The notes beneath the pieces are model-generated. The model had not been told where the DNA came from. It saw only the letters and a list, made by a program, of their open reading frames with translations, and did not search any database. From positions 7,750,001-7,814,000 of the forward strand of contig JAQFVV010000006.1 in NCBI GenBank assembly GCA_028023455.1: a DNA stretch of 64,000 bases. The letters run 5' to 3'. Source of the DNA: Epiperipatus broadwayi (Eukaryota > Animalia > Onychophora). Each line of letters begins with the position of its first letter. Positions within the stretch are counted from its first letter, which is position 1. Made by a program: the position numbers and the translations under genes. Of this stretch, positions 13,830-25,055 are shown one piece after another.

Positions 13830-13899
13830 GAGTGCCAGAATCGGTCCTGGAATCTCCCCAACCCAAGTCGAATGCTCTACCAACTACGCTAAACCGCGC
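13830..13899 (-). mobile_element. tRNA-derived SINE head or degenerate tRNA-like sequence
   Basis: Minus strand reads GCGCGGTT-TAGCGTAGTTGG-TAGAGCATTCGACTTGGGTTGGGAGATTCCAGGACCGATTCTGG, with a good A-box and a decayed B-box. Confidence 0.55.
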
Positions 13900-16800
13900 A
13901 GGCAAGCAAAGATAACAAACAACCCAAAACAGTGAGGAAAGTTTCACTTTCACAGCTACCTTTTAAGAGGATAGTGGCTATTTAAAAACTTAATTTTTAT
14001 TAAAGTTCTAATCATGGTTGAATTTTTCTTCAGAATATGATCCACAATCAATTCAGCTAACAGACCAACAAATTAATATCTAGTTATTCATCATTAATAA
14101 CAAAAGTAAGTAAATCATTCAAACAGTGAGTAATACTTTCTCCTTCGTTACTACTTTTTAAGAGACTGTCAAAAGGACCGTGAAATAGTTATTTAAAGTG
14201 TGCTCAGAATAAAAAAGGATCACTTTAATTCATTTACACTGTTTATATAAATCTTTATGTAGCTGAATCTATTTTAAAAGCAGCATATATGATAAGAACT
14301 TTGTGATGTCATACTAGTGTGTCTGCCTGCCATTTCCCCAGCTGGGATCGAACCTAGCTGATAAAACATGAATTTTTTTACACTAGTTCCAATCATGATT
14401 TAAGTAATAGTGATATTAGCGATTAAGCCAATGCACATGCGCTTTAAGTTTTTCAGCATATGACCCATAGCCAACCAATTTAACTAGCAATCCAATAGTA
14501 GTTGGTAAATTAGTATCTATAAACTATACATTTATCAAAAATCTGAGCTGCAATCTTGGTTTATAGGAGAACACAAGCATCAGTATCAAAGTTAATAAGA
14601 TAAAGACAATAAACCACTCAAATCCTCATTTCCTGCTATTAGCAAATTGGTAAATAATGTTTTACACTCACTACTACTTTTTATGAGGATGTTGGCTATA
14701 CAAAATCTACATTTTTTTATTCTAGTTCCAATGATGATGTAAGTCCCCTCCCCCGAATACGGCCCACACTCATTCCAGTTAGCAATCCAATAAATTAATA
14801 TTTCGTTATTAATAGTAAGTAAAACAAAGGTAATAACCACCCAAATCCTTATGACCCGACTATTAATAAGCAAATGAATAAAGTTTCGCCTTGACGACTA
14901 CTTTTGAAGAAACTGTTGAAAAGGATGATTTATCCACATATACAGTCTGTGGAATAAACCGTTCCGTCTGTGTTCCCGTTTTCTTTCTTTTCAAGCAAGT
15001 TTTAAAAGACTTTTATAAATACGGTTCTCTTTTTTTAAGACTAGAAATCCACCAGGAAATCTAACATTTAAATTTTATAGTTTGGCTGCGGAGCCGTTTA
15101 AAAAACTACTAAAATCGAGTGAATGAAAACACACTTCATTCAGATAAGTCAAACTATTAATAAACTGATTCTCCTCAACGTTTAAACACTGGGAAATTAC
15201 TATTTCAAAAACGATCAAGAGCTTTTAACTTCAATAAAATCAGCTCCTTTAAATTTTATTAAAATCAAGTTGCATCATAAAGACTACATCTGAGCAAGTG
15301 AGGAATATTTAACTTCAACCAAAGCTCTGAAGTTCAATTTGTAGATAGTAACAAAAAAAAAAAAATGATAATTTTCATGCATTTACTTTTTATAGCACTT
15401 TAAATAACTTGAAAAGATAACAAACTCATATAAGGATATCCTAGTAAAGAAAGACTATAAAATAATTTATAACTATGAAAAAAGACATTTGCGAAACACA
15501 TAAAAAAAATTAACGCAGTTATATGACAAAGTTCTTAAGAAATAAATTAATTTACACTTCATATGTTAGATAAAATATTAGAGTGATATTTCTATAGCAG
15601 CTCCGCGTCGAGAAATAAAAAAAAACATTATTCTTAAGTTTTTGAGTGGTTAGAAAAGAAGGCGTAAGAGTTTGATAGTTCTCTCTCTCTCTTTTTTTTT
15701 TTTTACTTTTTAGCCAATTAGAGCTAGCTACCCATTTACTGACCAATACTGAACAGCTAATACAAACAATTTATTTCAAGAAAAAAAAAACCACCAGAGT
15801 AATTAGAACCTTAAAAAAAAAGTTCAACTTTACCTGAACTGAGTTTGAAAGGTTGTGACCGAAAGTGTTACGGTTGTGCCAAAAGGATCTTCCACACTTA
15901 TTACCAGTTATAAATAAATTTGTTTTATATTTACAGATCCAAAGCAAAAACCAGAAGTAGCATTTAACTTTATTTATAAACAATTTTTCACACCCTAAAT
16001 TCCCATAATAATTTTGTCTTACTCTAATCATGAGCAGCGATTTTAGTGTTAAGTGCAGATTGTTAGTAACCAAAAGTTCCCATTTGCTCCTGATATAAAA
16101 AAAAGCTTGGACATCTCAATGAGAGTATAATAGTTGTGTATCCTTCTGTTGTAGAGTATAATCTGGATTCAAATCTAACCAAATAAATTGATAAAAAAAA
16201 TTTAAGATTTAGGATTATTTTTTAAGATAGATTAATTATAACGAATTCAGCTAATTATCCAATATTGGTTTGAAAATGGTTTTCAAGCCAAAACTACACT
16301 CCAATTAGCAAGTCTTGTGAATGGTGTTTTCTTCGCTGGGTCTCTGGAGAAAGGATTAGAGATGCATTTCTTTCAGAAGATATTAACATCAATAATAATA
16401 TGCTGAGGGTTTTATAGAGTAAAAAAAAAAGATTGCGTTTTACTGTGTACCCAAAAATGTATGTGAAAATTAACTTACATTGCAACATCCAGATTAGAGA
16501 ATAATTAAATTGGTTTAAACATTTAAGTTTATTCAAATCAATTTGCCTTAAGTATCTCAGATGGCTTCTCTTCCTATTATGATTAAAATTTCCATATAAA
16601 ATCTTGGATATTAGTTAGAGGGCAGCTTAGTTGCTAATAATGGTAATGCCTGGAGCACGTCACATTGACTGCACATATATTTAAACAGCCTTATATCATG
16701 ACCTAATTCTTTTGTACAGAAACTTCTAATGTAAATTTTAGTATTATATTCACTATTTGCAAAACCCAATATTGCAGTAAAGTTTTTTTTTCTATATTAA

Positions 16801-17589
16801 CTAATACAAATTAAAGAATTCTTTTTTTTTTTTTTCAACAAAAACACTCAATAATTATCTCTATAAACTTATAACCCTATCACCAATGTATTATCCATTA
16901 TGGAATTGAGACTTTATATGCTTCTTGTTAATGTAAATTTTAATATGACCATCACAGTGGTAAGATCATTGATATCTCAAAGCATTCACACATGTCACAT
17001 AAAGATAGAGAACTAAGTGGCAAGGACCTGAACCATATTTCTGGATATCTATCAAAAAGGCTCTTATTATTGTGACTAAATATTTACTAACAATTATTAG
17101 TCTGATATTTCAAAATGCAATTGGAGCTCATATCAGAAAACAATCATATTCAGAGCAGAAAAAATATAGAACATATTAAAAACCAATGAAGTAATTCACT
17201 GTATAGGAGGTTAAGTGACTTTCACATAGTGAGAGTGATTTGATTTAAAAAACATTAAACTGCTATTCAAATCAAATAATTTGAATACTTTGGTCATTCA
17301 AGTGGTTAAATGACATTTGGCAATAGAAATTCTATAGTTGAGTTGGGATTTATAACCAGAATAACAAATTATAAATTTCATCCGTTCCAAATACACTACT
17401 ACTGCTTTCTCCTATGGAATTTCTTTTTTTAAACAGAGTACTGCACATTTATGCAAATGAATTTAGGTGCTTTCATTTTATCATGTTTATTTGTTAGTTT
17501 GGAAAGATAAAAGGGTATGTAGGCTAACAAAAAAAACAACAAATTTTTAACCATTAATTCTTATTAAGCACATGGTCAACTTTAAATTG

Positions 17590-17830
17590 ATTCAAAATAT
17601 TTATAAGATCTAAATATTAACTTGCTGTGAATTGAAAGATTTGTAAATGTTGATTTCTAAATGAGGTGGTGGACTTAATTGGTGAAGAACTTACTAGCTT
17701 CACACTCTCAAATCAAAATGTTTTAGATTCGTCTATATAATTAGAAAGTAGGTTGAAGATAAGATGGCTGCTCTTATCCTTATAAAGTCTTAATCTTGCA
17801 TTAAGATTTTTAGAGATCCTCTCTCGTGGT
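17590..17830 (+). mobile_element. Old family C/F copy with a degenerate hammerhead
   Basis: ctaaata-TTAAC-ttgct-GTGAA-tt-GAAA-GATT-tg (17610-17643), then ggacttaat..tgaag...gcttcacactctcaa as in the 12520 and 46635 copies. Confidence 0.55.
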
Positions 17831-18625
17831 AAAATTAAGCACTCAAGGCACATAGTATTAAGCCTTAAATGCAAATTTTTATAAATTATGTACACGTTTT
17901 TAATAGAAACATATTTGCTGCATACTTATGAAGCTGTACACACATGTACACACTTTTATTTAATGGGTCAGTTTGCTGCCCTATTTAGATGACACAGAGA
18001 TGGAATGAAGAAATCTTGAGCTAAAGATTTTTAGATCAAATATCTATTTGAAGCTTTTAGTGCTCAAACATCAACAGACCATCTCCTGATTGGATAATCC
18101 ATTCAATGACCATTATTTGACAGTTTGTTAGAGTATCGAAACAGTAACAACATGTAAACATTTTTAAAACTATTACAATTGACAATCCGAATTTAAAATT
18201 TAAATTAGTTTTTAATTTTTTAAATAAAATTTATCATTACTTCTACTAAAACTTACATTTCTTAAAAAATTTAACAAATTAACATGAAAATGCAGAAAAT
18301 CAATAAAAAAACAATTAAACAAAAAATCTATTAAAAGACAGAAAAATATTTTTATTAGTGAATTAATTTGATTGAATTCTTGAATTTTTTTTTTTTTTTT
18401 AATCAAAAATAATTTTTCAAATTAGAAATTGTTTTTACTTTTTAAAATTAATTAATTCACAAATGATTTTCATTGCTTCATTATTTGCAGCTCTGAGGGA
18501 GGGAGTTATTCCTTCCTACACTGAGCCCATATTTTAAATTTTTCGCTAATTCTTTATTAGATGTATGTATTAATTTGAACACTTTATATTTGATGCACTA
18601 AGATACCATAATGTACATATTAAAT

Positions 18626-18835
18626 TAATACACTATACAGCCTTAAACCTGCATATATATGTAATGCATGCGGGATTCGAACTCATACTTTCACACGACC
18701 TTCAACTCTCCATGCCATCTCATATTGCTGACCCACCTGATCACACATATGTTGAAAAGATAATGGTTTAGTATGAAATACTGATATTGGTGATCATTTA
18801 TCTTTTCAACATGTGTGTGATCAGCTTGGGTCCAG
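18626..18835. mobile_element. Family B fold-back insertion, 17-bp TSD
   Basis: TSD TAATGTACATATTAAAT (18609-18625, 18836-18852). Inverted arms 18737-18763 and 18798-18824. HHR 3' half GAAA-TACTGA-TA-TTGG at 18775-18790. Confidence 0.85.
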
Positions 18836-19239
18836 TAATGTACATATTAAATAAACTCGAAATCGAACATATATATATACAGTCAATTATTATGAAGATA
18901 CCAAACTAACTACACTAATTAAACAATTTTTAGGCGAGAAATCATCTTGAAGACTATTTAACTCTTCATATATCTTTATCCGTATGTTTAAAATACACGT
19001 AGTAAAATCAAAGCAGATACCTTTATGTGACTGCAGATACCCATCCATTAAATAAAACTTTAAAAAAAAAAACTTATTTGAGCTAGTACTAATGTCTACG
19101 TTGATAAATGATTCATACAGTTATTAATATATGCCCAATAGTGTGGTTTATATTATTGTTGTACTGCAGAAAATTTGAAATTTGTCAATTAAACAGTCTA
19201 AATAAATACGGAACAAATGATGAAGATGTGTAAGAGATT

Positions 19240-19300
19240 GCGATCTGGGTCAACTTATGAGTGCTGGATCAACATGAAACGCGCATCTTGGGGATCATAG
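19240..19300 (+). ncRNA. Type I hammerhead ribozyme motif, family B variant (probably inactive)
   Basis: ggtcaa-CTTATGA-GTGCT-ggatc-AACAT-GAAA-CGCGCA-TC-ttgggg-atcat. G5 is mutated and stem II is weakened. Confidence 0.65.
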
Positions 19301-20359
19301 ATCCTTTTCACATATCTATGATCATATGCTTCGGTAATCTGTGATAGAAATGTAATTAATAATATACATATAAGTAAGCTTAGGGTTTCTCTAGAAATAA
19401 TGTATGTATAAAGTTGAAAAATCACGTGCTCTATGAATTTCTTGACAAAGTGTTTGATTCTAATGTATCTATGGTCTGAGAGGTTGATCTGATGACTGGA
19501 CTGATGGATGATTGTGATTGGGTTGCAAGCATGCTATAATTCATTGGAAGCTTCAGTTACCTCCTGTTAAGTTACACATAATCTGAGTTATTTACTTATT
19601 TACATAAAATCAAAGTTATAAGCACAGATACCACCCAAAGCTGAAAACAAACAACAAAAATATCACCAATCTGTTGTCATGGCAATATTCAAATAATTAT
19701 TGGATACATGTATAGACACTTATGGACTTCAAATATCATTGAATACAGACAGATTCTAGTCATTTAATTTGTTTTTGCGTTGAAATAGGAAAACATTTGA
19801 TTTCAGCATTAAAAAATAAAAGTAATCTAATGCCAATATGGCTGGAGAGTTTTAAAGAGTTTGAGTGCTGGAAGTCCCAAATTGGAACTGCTATGAGAAT
19901 CTTATGCTCCTTAGAGTCTGCTCCTCTGCCACTGTATTAAACTGTGGGGCATTTTGACATTTGGTGTACAATAGAGGAATGTAAAATTAAATGAAGGATG
20001 GAAAAGGATAATCTTTTAACACCATTTTCTAACAATTACTAACATTTAAGACCGAATCATTAGTATTTTTTTCACTTTCTCTCCATTTTTTTTTTACATA
20101 AACCAAGACATAATCATCATAAGCCTTTCTTTTACTGTGAATATGGAATTGTATGTTTGTGCTATTATATTTCCATCCTTTAATTAACAGCACAAAATCA
20201 AATCTGACTCTTTTTCTTTTAATATTTACCATTTTTATCTCTATCTATCTTGCTTTTTCTTTCCTCTTCTTGAGCCAGAATGTCTATATTCAAATCAGTA
20301 GCAATTTTTTTTCTCACATCACAGTTATGCTACCTAGTGTAAGCTTTAGTAATCAATAG

Positions 20360-21597
20360 ATGCTAATCTGGTATTGCATTAAAAATTCCTATTGAGTCCT
20401 GATCTATCAAATATCTCCAGGCTAATGTTTGTCAGCAGAGGGAAGTTTTTAGATCTGGGAGCGGTGCATCTGAATCTTTTAAATCCAATGCATCTTTCCT
20501 CTGGAAGCCATCTTTTACTTCTCTGTTTTACTAACAGGCTACCAGTCCAATGTTAAAAGCATGTTAATGTTTTAAATTGATGAATTTAATTTTCTAATAA
20601 CTATAGGCATCTCTATCCTTTGGCCAAAACTGGTATAAAATCAATAAGATATCATGAGACTCTGGTTTCCATAATACATGTCCCATGACAAATTCCTTTT
20701 CTTTCACCAAAGTTATGTCACCTAGGGTAAAGTTTATTAATCAACAGATGCCATAAGGTAGCACTTAATAAATTCGTATCCATAGCACACTAGTTTCTAA
20801 CTTATGGATATCATCAGTGCAAGGTTTTGGATTTTTTTTTTGGATTGTGCAATAGAATGTAATCCACTTTCTTCAATGTATATATGATTATACAAGCAAG
20901 TAGGCTTAGTCTGGAAATTTTAATATGGGTTTTAGTTCAGTCTAGTACATCAATAGTAATACAAAGAAGAAAATATGGCTGCTAGAGAAGAAGTATATTA
21001 GATCCAAAGGATCTGGGTTCACTACTTCCAGATCCAAAAGCTACTGTCTGATGAAAGTCATAATCCAGAAGAAATTAATCTACAAATATTGCACAGGATA
21101 GCACTGAATAGGGATCTACCATCTTTTAATTAGTAAAGCTATACTAAGTAGCATAACCATGCTGAGAAAAAAAAATTGCTATTGTGTAAGATGGAGTCTT
21201 GTGATGTCCTATTGATTTTATACCAATCCTGGTCAAAAAATAGAGATGTCCATAGCTATTAACAAAAACTAAGATCAGCATAATATATAGATATTGAACT
21301 GATTTAAGGTCCATATAATAATACATGCAAACTAATTTAGAGTGAAAATGTTAAATTTGGGCTAGTAGTTCAATAGTAGTACAAAGAAATAAAAGATGGC
21401 TTCCAGAGGAAATGTGCATTAAATCCAAAAGATTCAAATGCAATGCTTCTAGATCTAAAATCTCCTTAATAATGAAAGCCATAAGCTAGAATCTAGTCAT
21501 GGTATATTAGATAGATCAGAACTGGATGGCATCTACTGATTTCTAAAGCGTACACTAGATGGCATAATCATGCTGAGAAAAAAATAATTTGCTACTG
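20360..21597. mobile_element. Old family A-related composite: inverted copy (20360-20690) plus two sense units (about 415-420 bp period)
   Basis: aaaagatggc.tc..gag..a...gcatta.atcc block at 20971 and 21391, and reversed near 20500-20520. HHR-like CTGATGA-aagtcataatccagaa-GAAA-TTAA-TC at 21048-21080 and a decayed motif at 21469-21498. Confidence 0.7.
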
Positions 21598-22310
21598 AAT
21601 AATATCCTAAACATATGAAATACTGATTACAATTATTGTTAAAATACAGGTGAAATTAAAATACAATGTATATTTGCAAACAAACAAAAAAATAATTTAA
21701 TGGTTTGTTTCTCAGGAAATCACATGACACTTGAGAATAGGAAATGACAGATTATGCTTTGATAAAGGAACTATTTCCATCAGCACTTTACCTAGTATAA
21801 ACTATATGAGCATGATATGCAAGATGTTAAAATGGTTCAAAGAGTTTAACTGCAGAAGGTTAAATGGCATCATGTATGATATGTGTGAAAGTATTTGTGA
21901 TCATAGAATGGTTTCATAATCTAATGTTTCATCTTAGCTTCATTTGTGTCTTAACAGGGAGATTAGTTACATAACTGTGATCACAGGTTGTACAAGATCC
22001 TAAAAAAATATAAAAATACAATTAATTGTCCATAATGAATATAGTCTATAATCCATTAAAACAGTCAGATTGTGGTCAAATTATGATATGGACTAATTTA
22101 TTGGAAAGTCTATGGTGCTTGGTTTTAGTTGGTACAGAAAATAAAAGAGCATAACTAGCAATGAGGTAGATGGACTCCAACATCACAACAATAAATATGC
22201 TTTGTATGTGCAGACATTAAATTCCCTACTAAAGGAAGATGTGATTAGACAATAATAGATCAATATTTTAAACAACTATTTTTACATTTTTAAAAACAAA
22301 TTCTTTATTA

Positions 22311-22695
22311 AACAGAGCAAAACTCTCCATACAGTATTGTCACCTGTGCTAAACAGAGTAATCAATGGATGCCAGAAGGCTTGTGCATAAAATCCCTATC
22401 TAATGCCTACTCATCCAATATCCCCAGACTAGTTTTTGGCTTGTGGCCTTCGTCAGTTAGATCCTAAGATCTAGATGCAGTGCTCTCAGATCCAAAGCTC
22501 CTCACTGACGAAGGCCACAAGCCAGAAACTAGTCTGGGGATATTGGATGAGTAGGCATTAGATAGGGATTTTATGCACAAGCCTTCTGGCATCCATTGAT
22601 TACTCTGTTTAGCACAGGTGGCAATACTGTATGGAGAGTTTTGCTCTGTTTATCAACAATTAATGTGCTAGTATAGGAAATGTGATCATGTGATG
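22311..22695. mobile_element. Family A fold-back element: 149-bp near-perfect inverted repeat, 13-bp TSD
   Basis: Arms 22309-22457 and 22504-22652 (2 mismatches) with a 46-bp spacer. TSD AAATTCTTTATTA (22298-22310, 22696-22708). Confidence 0.92.
22499..22540 (+). ncRNA. Type I hammerhead ribozyme, intact core (family A)
   Basis: Stem I TCCTCA/TGGGGA; core CTGACGA 22505-22511; stem II GGC-cacaa-GCC; GAAA 22525-22528; palindromic A-CTAG-T; predicted GUC cleavage after 22534. Distal stem I ATCCAA/TTGGAT. Confidence 0.85.
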
Positions 22696-23039
22696 AAATT
22701 CTTTATTACCTAACAGTTTCAACAATCTAGCAGTTTTCTTCAGAGCTTTGTAAATTAACTTTATATTCTTAATCATTTGAATAATTATTTTACATATTAA
22801 AGTTTTCATAAATAATATCTCTACTTTATTAATAAAAAAATGAACAATGTAATATCACATACCAAGTCATTAAAAAAATATAAAAATAATAAGTGTTTAT
22901 ACAAATGTAAAACTGCTTTTTGTAACATTCAATTTTATTAACTATTGCAGTGAATGTATATAAAATTAAACAACAAGGATTTGTACTCTTAAGACATGCA
23001 CCATAACATTGCTATAAATAGCTTAACAATATTTTGGTT

Positions 23040-23270
23040 GAGTATGGAGGATACTCTCAAAACAAAGTCCAAAATAGAGACTTTAGAAAAGACAAGAGCA
23101 GTCACCTTATCTTTGGACATAAAGTGAATAAAGAGACATCGTCATGCTCTCAAATTAAGATGTTTTAGATTGCCTATATAATTGAATTTAGGTACAAAAA
23201 ATAAGGCAACTGCGTTTATCTTTTCCAAAGTCAGTATCTTATATTTTGGTGTAAGAGTATCATTCACACT
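23040..23270. mobile_element. Degenerate family C/F fold-back
   Basis: 23050-23114 is the approximate reverse complement of 23198-23262. The sense part begins catgctctcaaatt..atgttttagatt like the 17705 and 46640 copies. Confidence 0.55.
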
Positions 23271-23559
23271 CAACAACAATGTTGAGCTATTATAACATTA
23301 CAGCTCATGTGCTTGGAGTATAAATCTCTGCTGTTTAAAAAGCTTCCTTTTATATTTATTAATTGTTTGATGATATACTGTTATTAATGTTAGTAAAAAT
23401 AGAGAAGAAATATTATTTATAAAAACTTTTTATCTATTATAGATTAAAAACATAGCGCTATATTACAGATTAAAAACATAGTGCTATATAAATAAATAAC
23501 TCATTATATATATAAAAATATAAACTTTATATTAAACATAGATCAATGTATATGTAAAC

Positions 23560-23881
23560 AAAGAGAGTAAGTAAATCACTTTTCCCCAGGCTATGACGTA
23601 AAAGCACTCCAAATGTTGAACAAAGAAATCAAAAATAGAATGAATTCACCTAAGAATAAAATGAATTCACCTATTCTTAGTTGTTTGGTAATTCAAAGTG
23701 AAATTAATTTATCAATCAGATGGAACATGGCACTTAAGAGATAGATATTAAACTCATAATTAATAAATACAAGGTTAAGAGTAGGTGGATTCATTCTATT
23801 CTTGATTCCTATGTTCAACATTTAGAGTGCTTATAAGTCATAGCCTGAAGTGATTTACTCCCTTTGTTTTCATTATATATA
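23560..23881. mobile_element. Fold-back element (unassigned family), 11-bp TSD
   Basis: Arms of about 90 bp (about 23560-23651 and 23783-23870). TSD TATATGTAAAC (23549-23559, 23882-23892). Internal tandem duplication of about 20 bp. Confidence 0.75.
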
Positions 23882-23903
23882 TATATGTAAACTCTTTATG
23901 TAT

Positions 23904-24138
<235 letters not shown>

Positions 24139-24762
24139 ACAAAAAAGATGGTTTTCTTATTCAAGAGCTCAATATTCTGCAATTCGCCACTGTCCCAAAC
24201 TATGCAATGTCAATTTTACAGGTCTCTAAAGAAGGTGGACAGATAGTTGAAACTGTTTTATAGTAAATAAAATATTGTTTCAAAAATGCAAAAATGGTTA
24301 ATAATTTAAGAATGGATCTAGATTAAAAAATAGAATATCAAAGTCAAATTAAACCTATAGGCAAAAGAATACTATGACAAAGTGATAATACTCTTGTCAC
24401 TGCTGGTAGTGGATTACAATAGCGTACCATTCCTTAATGTAACTTTATTTCAGCAAATCAATTGGAAAAAGGTAGCCAAAAAATCATACAGAGAAGAAAT
24501 CATTTTTAAAAAATATTACTAAACAAATATTCAAAATTTTTTTGCTCAAGAAGTTTATAAAAAGGGTTGAGCACTGGAAGCAGCAGCACCAAAATCGAAC
24601 TAGGACCTTACATCCACAATCTATACATTAAGACTACAGTAAATCATGCAGGACATTTGAAAGGTATTGATATATAGTGACTTGATGAGTCCTCTTCATA
24701 ATAAAAAAAATTCAAATTCATCACCTTTTAAAAAAATTTGGCAAACAAGGGCTTTGAACATG

Positions 24763-25055
24763 CACCAGATTTTCAATGATATGGAGGGCTTCTTGAAGAT
24801 TTGGAGAGTGAGAAGATTGAAGCCTGTCCATTAAAGTTGGAAGATTTGTTTTCTTAATATAAACCGAGCACTGTTATATATGTGTGTGGAAGATGATGAT
24901 CTGGACCAACTGATGATTACTGTTTCAACATGAAATACTTATATTAGAGATCATTTATCTTTTTCACATGTATATGGACATGTGTATCGGTTATATAAGA
25001 CTGGATGACTGAAGAAAGCTTGAAAGTCTGGGTTCAAATTCCCTCTAATTACAAC
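24763..25055 (+). mobile_element. Family B element with a hammerhead motif (stem II decayed)
   Basis: Aligns with the 42122 unit. ggaccaa-CTGATGA (24910-24916)-ttactgtttcaacat-GAAA (24932-24935)-TACTTA-TA-ttaga. Confidence 0.8.

Noticed and set aside
22309-22652. Interpretation of family A hairpins as ordinary MITEs with TIRs
   Set aside because: Arm length and junction differ in each copy, one end has an unpaired tail, tandem units exist, and 13-bp TSDs do not fit the TA or 8-bp MITE classes seen elsewhere in the window.
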